A DNA stretch of 64,000 bases. Source: a virus. Taxonomy: Duplodnaviria; Caudoviricetes. Under the pieces are notes generated by a model. That model made no database searches. It saw only the letters and a program-made list of their open reading frames with translations, and was not told where the DNA came from. Within the stretch, counting starts at the first letter, position 1; each line of letters begins with the position of its first letter. Shown here piece after piece: positions 31,763 through 40,196 of this stretch. The stretch spans positions 64,001 to 128,000 of the IMG/VR virus record IMGVR_UViG_3300021133_000001; one strand, written 5' to 3'. Both the position numbers and the translations under genes were made by a program.

Positions 31763-32764
31763 TTACCTTACATAAAGTTCTACTCTTGCTGATCTGTTTA
31801 TACCGGTTTGATTTTGACAGCAAGCAACATAGTCTCCAGCTGAATAATTACCGAAATTACCTGCCATTCCTAAACCACCAGAAACGTCGTCAGAACCAGC
31901 AGCTCCACTATTAAACAATGTAGAAGGGTCACTATATTGCCCTTCACCGTTTTCATTCCAACCAAACCCCCAACGCACCGCTGCCCCACCACCGTAACCC
32001 CAGTCCCCTGCATTAATAAAGTTATATCCGTAAAAGTTGATATCGTTTTGAGATGAAAAGATACCAGTTTGAAAACCATTAAAACCGGATGCCCCACCTA
32101 GAAAGTCACCACCTGCACTACCAGAACCGTCATCTTGATACGTACCAGCATTGCTAAAAAAGTTTAAAAGAGTTGTTGTGCTACTAACATTAGGGCTGTC
32201 TCCTTGACCTGCAAAATTATTTTGCAGCCAAGACCAGCAACCATACGGATTACTACCTAAACCACCACCATTAGTACCAATATCAGGCCACAACGCCATC
32301 ATATCTGTAACGTTAGCATAATTAAAGACCTGAAACTTTGCATCTCCGTCATTACGGTTAGTTGCGCTCGTGTTTAAAGTATTATTGCCTGTCCAGTAAC
32401 CAGAATTATAATTAAAAGTAGTACCACGAGTTGCTTTTAACGCCATCATCCATCCACCACCGTTTGCGCCAGAGTTTAATAAACAGTACACCGGGGTTGA
32501 ACCTACACTAGGTAAATTAATATAATACACTCCGTCAGTACGATACCCGGCATTGTATAATGCTTTAGCTGAAGAAGCAGGGTTTCCAGCTGTACCTAAT
32601 GTATTAGTTTTACCGTAAAAGTTATTTAATGCTATTTGTCCAGAAGCTATACCCGCTAAATTACGAGCAGTAGAATCATTAAGTGTAAGAGCTGTAGTAG
32701 CTGTACTACCAAGCTCCACATCTATATTACTCATTGATATAGTACCTGATGATTGTAACGTCAT
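31763..32764 (-). CDS. Putative receptor-binding/fibre-tip protein with fibrinogen-like domain
   Basis: MTLQSSGTISMSNIDVELG...FYGK adaptor N-terminus; DGVYYI...VYC......GGGWM fibrinogen-like motif. Confidence 0.7.
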   Translation of the reverse strand: MTLQSSGTISMSNIDVELGSTATTALTLNDSTARNLAGIASGQIALNNFYGKTNTLGTAGNPASSAKALYNAGYRTDGVYYINLPSVGSTPVYCLLNSGANGGGWMMALKATRGTTFNYNSGYWTGNNTLNTSATNRNDGDAKFQVFNYANVTDMMALWPDIGTNGGGLGSNPYGCWSWLQNNFAGQGDSPNVSSTTTLLNFFSNAGTYQDDGSGSAGGDFLGGASGFNGFQTGIFSSQNDINFYGYNFINAGDWGYGGGAAVRWGFGWNENGEGQYSDPSTLFNSGAAGSDDVSGGLGMAGNFGNYSAGDYVACCQNQTGINRSARVELYVR

Positions 32765-32775
32765 TTATTATATAT

Positions 32776-33843
32776 TTAGTGTACGAAAGTAAATATAGCT
32801 GCAGTTAATAAAAGTAAGAACGCCCAAGTGCCTAATGCTTTGTAGTATGTAGATAAAGGCGTACCAAAGTAACGTTTACCAATCATAACACATTCATGCA
32901 TAGGTGTTAATAAATACCCACAATAATCTAATGCAAAGAACCATAACAGATACTGTTTACCGAATACTGTTGTAGCTAATACAGTTAATGCGGCAAATTT
33001 ACCGTCACTACCCATACTAAAGCTAGCAGCAAATAGTAGCATACTAATAATATACATACCACTAAATGTATGCGGGTCTAAACCCCAGTTTCTCACTGCG
33101 TGTTCAATCCAGGCTCTATGTTCTTGCATATAACCCGATGTAAAAAAGATAACACCAATTAATGCAATAGTAGTCCAGTTGACATAACTACTAATCTTTT
33201 TCCAGCTATAGGTCTTAGTAATATACAGATAATAAGCTAATAGAGTACCGAAGATAGGAAACACTAACTCTGGGCCTTCTCCTCCAAGTAGCATATACGT
33301 AAGAACAGCAGCAATAAACGGTATTACGTTTTTGATAAAGCTACTAGCACCGAGATTTTCTTGAGGTGTAATTTCTATCTCATCTTCTTTAATAACAAAG
33401 AATAAATAGTAAAAAATAAATGCAGCACTAACAGCTATTAACGGCCATAACATTTTTAACCATACTGCATATGTAATACCGAACGCTGCCATTGGTAATA
33501 TTACTGGTTTCTCAATAGGAGACCACATATAATAGTGATGAGTAGTAAGAAAGTCAATAGGTCCAAGCTTTTGACGTGCTTTTACATCTTTTTCCTTTGA
33601 GGCTGTTGCAGTATCTAGTATACCTGCACTAACTGTACTTCTACCTTCTAGAGGTAATATACCGCTAATAAGACTAATAACAGCAATAACTAACTTGTTA
33701 CTTTTAAGTTTAAATTTTAACCATCCATACGTACATCCGAATAGGTTATGCTCTTTGGCAATACCCGCTACTACCATAATAGTAAAGAGTACAAAGAGAT
33801 AGATTTCGTCTCCGAGATAAAAACGGTCTAAAAAGTCACTCAT
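32776..33843 (-). CDS. Polytopic membrane protein, ion-transporter-superfamily-like (DUF401/CitMHS-like)
   Basis: About 9-10 hydrophobic helices; GILPLEG, HHYYMWSP, GYLLTPMHECV...YF motifs. Confidence 0.65.
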   Translation of the reverse strand: MSDFLDRFYLGDEIYLFVLFTIMVVAGIAKEHNLFGCTYGWLKFKLKSNKLVIAVISLISGILPLEGRSTVSAGILDTATASKEKDVKARQKLGPIDFLTTHHYYMWSPIEKPVILPMAAFGITYAVWLKMLWPLIAVSAAFIFYYLFFVIKEDEIEITPQENLGASSFIKNVIPFIAAVLTYMLLGGEGPELVFPIFGTLLAYYLYITKTYSWKKISSYVNWTTIALIGVIFFTSGYMQEHRAWIEHAVRNWGLDPHTFSGMYIISMLLFAASFSMGSDGKFAALTVLATTVFGKQYLLWFFALDYCGYLLTPMHECVMIGKRYFGTPLSTYYKALGTWAFLLLLTAAIFTFVH

Positions 33844-33857
33844 AGCTATATTTTATA

Positions 33858-35492
33858 TTATTTCTTTACAATAGCCAGGTAAAAACCATTCCACCACATA
33901 TCAGGATCTTCTAAATCATTTAATAATATCTTATCGTATATTACTTCTAAACCAGCATCAGCAATACCGCGTTTAGCACCGCTAACTACTCCATCAAAAT
34001 TTGCATCGTCAAATATAAGAACAGCTTCATCTACTAGCTTATCTGCAAAGTACATTATAGCTTGATAGTTAGCTTCTTCGCTATGATCTGCATCATAAAA
34101 GAAAAAGTCTATATTACCAATATCAGACTTGTCGACTTGTAAAAAATGGCTATTGAATACCTTTAAAGTGTTACTACCTTTATACTTTTTAGCATTCTCA
34201 ATAAATTTTTCTTTTGAGGATTCAAGATCAACTTTACCGTTAGCAGACTTGGTTTGTTCTTGCCAATGATCGACTGCATAAGCTCTAAGATTGTTATCTT
34301 TAATAGTAGCACAAAACGTACCACCGTTTAACACACCCACTTCAAGGTAACCTGTCGATATTTTACCAATACCGTTTAATAGCTGTTTCATTTTGTCTGA
34401 AGTAATACCTTCTACAGTATCTCCTATTGGTTGATTAACAGTGTCTATTAGTAATTGAGCAACCTTTTCAACCTTCTTGTTGTTTTTATTACCTTTAGCT
34501 CTCCATACTTTTGTACAGTAATCACAATCCCAACAATTAAATTTACATGTCTTAATCTTTTGACGCCAAGCATTTATAGGTTTTTCTATTAAGTTAGTAT
34601 CTTCAATATAAGGCTTAAACCCGTCAAATAATAACTCTTCTTTATTAGCGAATCTACGAATAATGTCCATAGTTTCGTTTAAACGGTTACTATTCTCTCT
34701 ACCGTGCATTTTAATCGTATCAATACCTAACTCTAAAAACTCTAACCAATCTTCTCTCCAAGGTGGAAAGTTAGCATTAGTTAACTGTACAGCTGAATCT
34801 TGAGTCTGCCATTTAGGACAACTAACTCTACTAATAGGGTCTGTAAAGTACTGATTACCTGTTGTTCTAGTATTATTAAAGTGGTAATGCTCATCCATAA
34901 CAGGACACCCACCTACACAACCTTCATTAGCTAATAAAGATAGCTTGATACCGTATTTGTCTTTAACTCTTTTTATCTCTCTAAGTCTATCATGATCTCT
35001 CATGAGTACTCGATCAAGATTAACATAGTTAAAACCAGCCTGTGCTAAAGCTGCTACTTCTCTTGGTTCTTTTACACCTCTAAGAATAGTGTTCTTGACA
35101 AATAACTCTGGAAAGTTATGTTTAACTTGCTTAGTTAACATCCAGTGAGTGTGTGGTAACGTGCAAGATCTTATACCAGCGTCATACAACGGTTTAAAGT
35201 TCTTTATCCAGGTTTCTAAGTTCTTTTGATCAGCTCGTACTGATATATTGTTAAACGTAGCTGATACAGTTATACCAGTTTCTTTCTGTACGTATAAAGC
35301 TGTTTCAATAGCAAACTGATGTGCTTCTTTTTGTACAAACACATCACCCATAGCATCCTGTAAAAAAGGATCTATTCGACAAGTAAAATAAATGTCGTAA
35401 ATGTAATCCTTATACTCCTTACAAAACGCTAAAAATGAATAGAACTGTTGTTCTGTAAGTTTAGGATTAAGCGGTATGCTAAATATCTTCAC
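33858..35492 (-). CDS. U32-family (Fe-S, TIM-barrel)-like protein fused to a class I SAM methyltransferase
   Basis: LLANEGCVGGCP, SCPKW, IKMHGRE, CKFNCWDCDYC; then YLEVGVLNGGT, FYDADHS, LIFDD. Confidence 0.7.
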   Translation of the reverse strand: MKIFSIPLNPKLTEQQFYSFLAFCKEYKDYIYDIYFTCRIDPFLQDAMGDVFVQKEAHQFAIETALYVQKETGITVSATFNNISVRADQKNLETWIKNFKPLYDAGIRSCTLPHTHWMLTKQVKHNFPELFVKNTILRGVKEPREVAALAQAGFNYVNLDRVLMRDHDRLREIKRVKDKYGIKLSLLANEGCVGGCPVMDEHYHFNNTRTTGNQYFTDPISRVSCPKWQTQDSAVQLTNANFPPWREDWLEFLELGIDTIKMHGRENSNRLNETMDIIRRFANKEELLFDGFKPYIEDTNLIEKPINAWRQKIKTCKFNCWDCDYCTKVWRAKGNKNNKKVEKVAQLLIDTVNQPIGDTVEGITSDKMKQLLNGIGKISTGYLEVGVLNGGTFCATIKDNNLRAYAVDHWQEQTKSANGKVDLESSKEKFIENAKKYKGSNTLKVFNSHFLQVDKSDIGNIDFFFYDADHSEEANYQAIMYFADKLVDEAVLIFDDANFDGVVSGAKRGIADAGLEVIYDKILLNDLEDPDMWWNGFYLAIVKK

Positions 35493-36189
35493 TCTTGGTC
35501 TTAGTCTCGAGTTTCAACTGGTCCTTAGCAACATCATCAATATAAGCTAAATCTGTTCCTGCTGAACTCATTAACTGTTTCATTGTTGCTTGACCGATTG
35601 CATCAAGTCCTTTACCTAAAACCCCATTATATTTAATAGCAAGACCAAGTGTTTCTTTAACATCTGGCATCGGCATCATTAATATTGAGTCTAAGTTACC
35701 TTGACTAATACGTCCAATAGTGTTTAAGTCCATTGCAGCCTGTTTAGCCATTCTCGTTATCCAGTACTCCCGTTCTAATTGTTCATTATGAGTACCGAAT
35801 TGTTGTAACGCTTCTAAGTTAGGTACAACTGCTTTTACCATGTTAACAAAGTTATTAAGTTCATTTTGAACCATAACTTCTTTTTTGTCATACATATGAA
35901 TGTCCCAATCTGCTTGATCAATATCAACTTGAATAAGTTGTTTCTTTAACTCGTCTGGTTCATTTGCAATATCGCGTTCTAATATTTGCTTTTCTATCAT
36001 GCGCTTTCTGCGCTGACGTTCAATTTGCTTTTGTGAACCAATACGAGTATCAATTTCTAGTAAAGCTTGACGCACTCTACGGTAATCTGTTACTTGTGAA
36101 TTTACAACAAAGTAACGAGATTGAAAATCAGACATGCCGAGAGAGTTTTCGTTCTCATCGACGAATTTAATAATATCATTATATTCCAT
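35479..36189 (-). CDS. Hypothetical coiled-coil protein
   Basis: 236 aa, helical and charged; overlaps the start of the U32 gene. Confidence 0.75.
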   Translation of the reverse strand: MEYNDIIKFVDENENSLGMSDFQSRYFVVNSQVTDYRRVRQALLEIDTRIGSQKQIERQRRKRMIEKQILERDIANEPDELKKQLIQVDIDQADWDIHMYDKKEVMVQNELNNFVNMVKAVVPNLEALQQFGTHNEQLEREYWITRMAKQAAMDLNTIGRISQGNLDSILMMPMPDVKETLGLAIKYNGVLGKGLDAIGQATMKQLMSSAGTDLAYIDDVAKDQLKLETKTKSEDI

Positions 36190-36192
36190 ATA

Positions 36193-36858
36193 TTAGAACT
36201 GGTAACCGAATTTTACTGCACTTAATCTTGCGTTTCTTGTATCGTTCCAATGACCTCTACGCACTGCGAGGTCTTTTGGCATTTCTATACCGAAAGTCAT
36301 TTCACGTTCATAATGCAAGTCGTCTATTGTCGACAAGCTATCTATTAAAGTATGTATTCTGGCATGCGTGTCTGCATCGTAATCAGGTCTCGGATAAAGA
36401 GTATCTGTATTCGGTAGACCTAACTTTCTATCTTCCATCTCTTGTTCAAGGTGTAACTTAAGAGATTTTTTCATTAATGAAACAAGATGCGGTGTTAAAT
36501 CTACAGCATCTGCAGAAACAGCTGCAAAGTTTGCGTTGTTTAAGTATACTTTTGTTTTTCTTTTACCTTTAGCTAATTCATCTGGATCAGAAGGTAAACC
36601 TTCAACATCGGAATAAGCTTTACGGTAAGGACGAGTTTCTCCATAATGCTTGCATGCAGAAAGTTCATATTGAGTAATCTCAACTAAAGGTATATATTTT
36701 TTTACTCCTTGAAATGGAAATGCTTCCATAGAACTTACTGCAGCGTATGCGGTGTCAGTTGTAAATTCAACGACATTGAAGTTATCAAATGATGTAACTA
36801 CTCTCATACCGTCTATGGTAGGTATATATCGAAAGAATTTTGCAATGTAGTATGACAT
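36193..36858 (-). CDS. Hypothetical protein
   Basis: 221 aa ORF in the operon. Confidence 0.75.
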   Translation of the reverse strand: MSYYIAKFFRYIPTIDGMRVVTSFDNFNVVEFTTDTAYAAVSSMEAFPFQGVKKYIPLVEITQYELSACKHYGETRPYRKAYSDVEGLPSDPDELAKGKRKTKVYLNNANFAAVSADAVDLTPHLVSLMKKSLKLHLEQEMEDRKLGLPNTDTLYPRPDYDADTHARIHTLIDSLSTIDDLHYEREMTFGIEMPKDLAVRRGHWNDTRNARLSAVKFGYQF

Positions 36859-36871
36859 GGTTTAAAGTTAT

Positions 36872-37936
36872 TTATATATTAGTACCCATTGTTCCACCTA
36901 ATAGTACTGCACTACCTGTAGCACAACCGCCAGAAGAAGTACCTCCATGACCTTTCGGTTGCATAGTTGAACCACCTGTCACTAAAGTATCACTTGTATA
37001 GTATTGTTTAAAAGAGTTATTATTTTGCACCCCATTGTAGTTACCAAGTTCATAGCCCCAATCCTGACCTATTTCGTAATTTTCTTCTCCACCGTTGTCT
37101 CCACGGTTAATAGTAGAAATATAAGACAAAGTAACGTCGTTAAATTTATAATAATTTACACTAGCTGTATTGCCGCCACCTGCATTATAACCAACACCCC
37201 ACTTACTAGACAAACCGTGATTAATACCATCTAGACCGTTTAGATACGTCCATGTACCAGTAGTCCAAGTATCAGTTGACCATGCTAAAGATGCTGAAGA
37301 GCTACTATTAGCAATAGTACCGTAATATTGACCGAAAAAGCCTGCGCCGCTTCCTGCTGAACCACCAGACGTTACACCGTTGTAACCAACTGTACCTGCT
37401 GCAAACATTGTATCAGTTATTGTACAAAATTTATCTGTAGAAGCAGATGAACCGCAGCAAATATATACAGCTGTATTACCAGCGTTCATTAAGGTTTTGC
37501 TCTGCATACGATTATTTTTCATGTTCCAGTTATCAGTATGTGTTCTTAACGCCTCAGTTTGCATGTTCATTGATGAACAATACGAAGATACTCCTTGAAA
37601 TCCTGCATCAGGCCAAACATATGAATAATAATCACTAAAACCTACATCTATATACGCAGCACCGTTATCCATCATATCTCCTAAGTTAGTTGTAGTATCT
37701 GTGTTATGCATTGTACGGTTAGTGTTTCTCCAAGGAGAACTATTTTGATAACCACAGTGCATATACCCACGAGTGTATATTGTGCGATAAAGAAATAAGT
37801 TATTATTAGGGTTTGGATTAATATCAACGCCTGTTGCCATCCAGCTATATCCGTCAAACACATATGTATTGTAACCGTTCGGGTTTAAGTACCGAGTGCC
37901 TGTTGATGGGGATGTTGGAAAGCTTAATACTGACAT
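36872..37936 (-). CDS. Putative beta-propeller fibre-tip protein, paralogue 2
   Basis: FPTSPSTG...FDG..W adaptor; G/S/T/Y-rich blades; aligned end to end with the next gene. Confidence 0.65.
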   Translation of the reverse strand: MSVLSFPTSPSTGTRYLNPNGYNTYVFDGYSWMATGVDINPNPNNNLFLYRTIYTRGYMHCGYQNSSPWRNTNRTMHNTDTTTNLGDMMDNGAAYIDVGFSDYYSYVWPDAGFQGVSSYCSSMNMQTEALRTHTDNWNMKNNRMQSKTLMNAGNTAVYICCGSSASTDKFCTITDTMFAAGTVGYNGVTSGGSAGSGAGFFGQYYGTIANSSSSASLAWSTDTWTTGTWTYLNGLDGINHGLSSKWGVGYNAGGGNTASVNYYKFNDVTLSYISTINRGDNGGEENYEIGQDWGYELGNYNGVQNNNSFKQYYTSDTLVTGGSTMQPKGHGGTSSGGCATGSAVLLGGTMGTNI

Positions 37937-37937
37937 A

Positions 37938-39005
37938 TTATATTGTAGTACCTAGTACTCCTCCTAAGATTAAACAGCTACCTGTACCACAAGCACCAGA
38001 AGACGCGCCTCCGTGACCTTTCGGTTGCATAGTTGAACCACCAGCTACACATGAGTCTGTTGTATATGAAACTTTTGTAGAGTTATTTGTTTGTCCACTT
38101 CCGTTGTAAGAACCTATAGTATAACCCCAATCCTGCCCTACTTGACAGTTTTCTTCACCACAAGTCTCTGGACGACTTATACTTGATACGTATGTTCTAG
38201 TTACATCGTTAAATTTATATAAAGTTGATGAACCAGCATATGAACCAGGCGCATTATACCCGTATCCCCATTTACTCGACAAACCTTTTGGTTGTCCGTC
38301 TGTACTACTATAACCTGAAAAAATATTTTGACTGGTCCATGTTTCTGTACTCCAGGTAAAATAACCACCACCACTATTAGCGTTTATAATACCGTAATAT
38401 TGACCCCAAAAACCACTAAGACCACCAGCTGTACCACCAGAAGATGAGCTAGCAGCTACTAAGTTAGCTGCTATCATAGTATCTGAAGCTGTAATAAATT
38501 TATCTGTTGAAGAATTATTACCACCCGTAATGTATATTGCAGTGAGATCAGCATTCATTAACGCTTTACAGTTTTGACGACTTACCGTTGTATTCCAGAT
38601 ACTATTATACGATCTCAAGCTTTCTGTTACCATACTCATTGACGAAGTGTAAGCAGAGGTTCCTTGCACACTACCTGAGTCGTTAAATACATACGTGTTG
38701 TAGTCGCTAAAACCACCGTCAATATACGATGCACCGCGGTCCATCATATCCCCTAAGTTAGTTGTAGTGTCTGTTACATGTAAAGTTCTATTAGTATTTC
38801 TCCAAGGAGAACTATTTTGATAACCGCAGTGCATATACCCTCTAGTGTACATTGTACGATAAAGGAAAGGGTTAGCGTTAACCGGGTTAGTACCTAATGA
38901 TTGACCAGTTGCACACCAGGTATAACCGTCCCAAAAGTAAAAATAACCGGTATAGGCATTATACCGGTTACCAGTTGAAGGAGAACTTGGAAAGCTAAGA
39001 GCCAT
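37938..39005 (-). CDS. Putative beta-propeller fibre-tip protein, paralogue 1
   Basis: Shares YTRGYMHCGYQNSSPWRNTNRT and GGSTMQPKGHGG with the previous gene. Confidence 0.65.
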   Translation of the reverse strand: MALSFPSSPSTGNRYNAYTGYFYFWDGYTWCATGQSLGTNPVNANPFLYRTMYTRGYMHCGYQNSSPWRNTNRTLHVTDTTTNLGDMMDRGASYIDGGFSDYNTYVFNDSGSVQGTSAYTSSMSMVTESLRSYNSIWNTTVSRQNCKALMNADLTAIYITGGNNSSTDKFITASDTMIAANLVAASSSSGGTAGGLSGFWGQYYGIINANSGGGYFTWSTETWTSQNIFSGYSSTDGQPKGLSSKWGYGYNAPGSYAGSSTLYKFNDVTRTYVSSISRPETCGEENCQVGQDWGYTIGSYNGSGQTNNSTKVSYTTDSCVAGGSTMQPKGHGGASSGACGTGSCLILGGVLGTTI

Positions 39006-39008
39006 GTC

Positions 39009-40187
39009 TTACTTTTTAACTAAACTTTTTAGTTCTTCTATTTGAGCTTGCTGTTCTTTTATTGCTTCAATAAGAAGAGGTATAATTTTTTCGTACTGCA
39101 CTGTTTTAAAGTTATTACCGGACTTAGAACTAATTGTACCGTCGTTGTTTACTAATACATCAAACGGTGCAGGTTTAATTACTTCTGGTAATACTTCTTC
39201 TACTTCTTGAGCAATAACACCTACTTGTAATTCATCGGAAGTATAACCGTACTGTTTAGCGGTTTCGTTATTAGTGTAATATACACCGTTTAAAGATAAT
39301 ACTTTAGGTAGAGCACCGCTAATATTACTCTTAATATCTTTAAGTCTCTTATCTGAATAGTAAGCTGCAACATTGCCTGTTGCATATACACTACCGTAAA
39401 CTGTTAAACTACCAGAAACACCTACGTTACCGTAAATGTTACCACCAGATGTTCTAAAAATTAGAGAAGGATCAACTACAGGTGTAGCTGCAACCCATTG
39501 ACTGTTGTACCAAACGTTTAATACGCCTGTATCTGAATTCCACCACAGGTAGCCGTTTGCAGCACCGCTAGGGGTACCGTTATTAACACCACTTTGTACT
39601 ATAGCATTATTACTAATGCCTTGAGAGCCTTGAGCGCCCTGCGCTCCTGAACCAGTTGCACCTTGAGAACCAGTGGAACCAGTAGCCCCTTGAGCTCCTG
39701 TTGCTCCTTGTGCGCCAGTAGAACCAGTGGAACCAGTAGCCCCTTGAGCTCCTGTTGCTCCTTGTGCGCCAGTAGAACCAGTTGAACCAGTAGCCCCTTG
39801 AGCTCCTGTTGCTCCTTGAGCACCATTAGATCCGTTACTACCTGTTGCGCCTTGAGCACCGGTGGAACCTTTAGCTCCTTGTGCGCCTGTAGCCCCTTGG
39901 GCACCTGTTGCACCTGTAGCACCTTGAGCACCGTTTTGCCCGGTTGTACCGTTAACACCTTGTGCTCCTTGAGCGCCTGTAGCACCTTGAGCGCCGTTTA
40001 AACCATTTACGCCTGATATACCTTGAGCACCTTGAGCACCTTGTAATCCGGTATAACCTTGAGGTCCAATTGCGCCTTGTGCACCTTGAGAACCAGTTTG
40101 TCCTGTTTGACCGGTTGCACCTTGCGGGCCTTGAGTGCCTGAAAATCCTGAAGCTCCTTGTATACTATATGTAAACGGTGTAGCCAT
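39009..40187 (-). CDS. Collagen-like fibre with canonical S74 chaperone
   Basis: GAQ/GAT triplets; YSDKRLK...GVIAQEV...[14 protein letters not shown]. Confidence 0.85.
   Translation of the reverse strand: MATPFTYSIQGASGFSGTQGPQGATGQTGQTGSQGAQGAIGPQGYTGLQGAQGAQGISGVNGLNGAQGATGAQGAQGVNGTTGQNGAQGATGATGAQGATGAQGAKGSTGAQGATGSNGSNGAQGATGAQGATGSTGSTGAQGATGAQGATGSTGSTGAQGATGAQGATGSTGSQGATGSGAQGAQGSQGISNNAIVQSGVNNGTPSGAANGYLWWNSDTGVLNVWYNSQWVAATPVVDPSLIFRTSGGNIYGNVGVSGSLTVYGSVYATGNVAAYYSDKRLKDIKSNISGALPKVLSLNGVYYTNNETAKQYGYTSDELQVGVIAQEVEEVLPEVIKPAPFDVLVNNDGTISSKSGNNFKTVQYEKIIPLLIEAIKEQQAQIEELKSLVKK
39667..39818. repeat. 54-bp near-perfect tandem repeat (about 2.8 copies)
   Basis: 39667-39720 identical to 39721-39774; third partial copy has one mismatch. 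Confidence 0.9.
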
Positions 40188-40196
40188 ATATTATAT

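Noticed and set aside
36872-39005. Diversity-generating retroelement TR/VR pair
   Set aside because: Similarity spans two complete genes, differences are not adenine-specific, and no reverse transcriptase is present in the window
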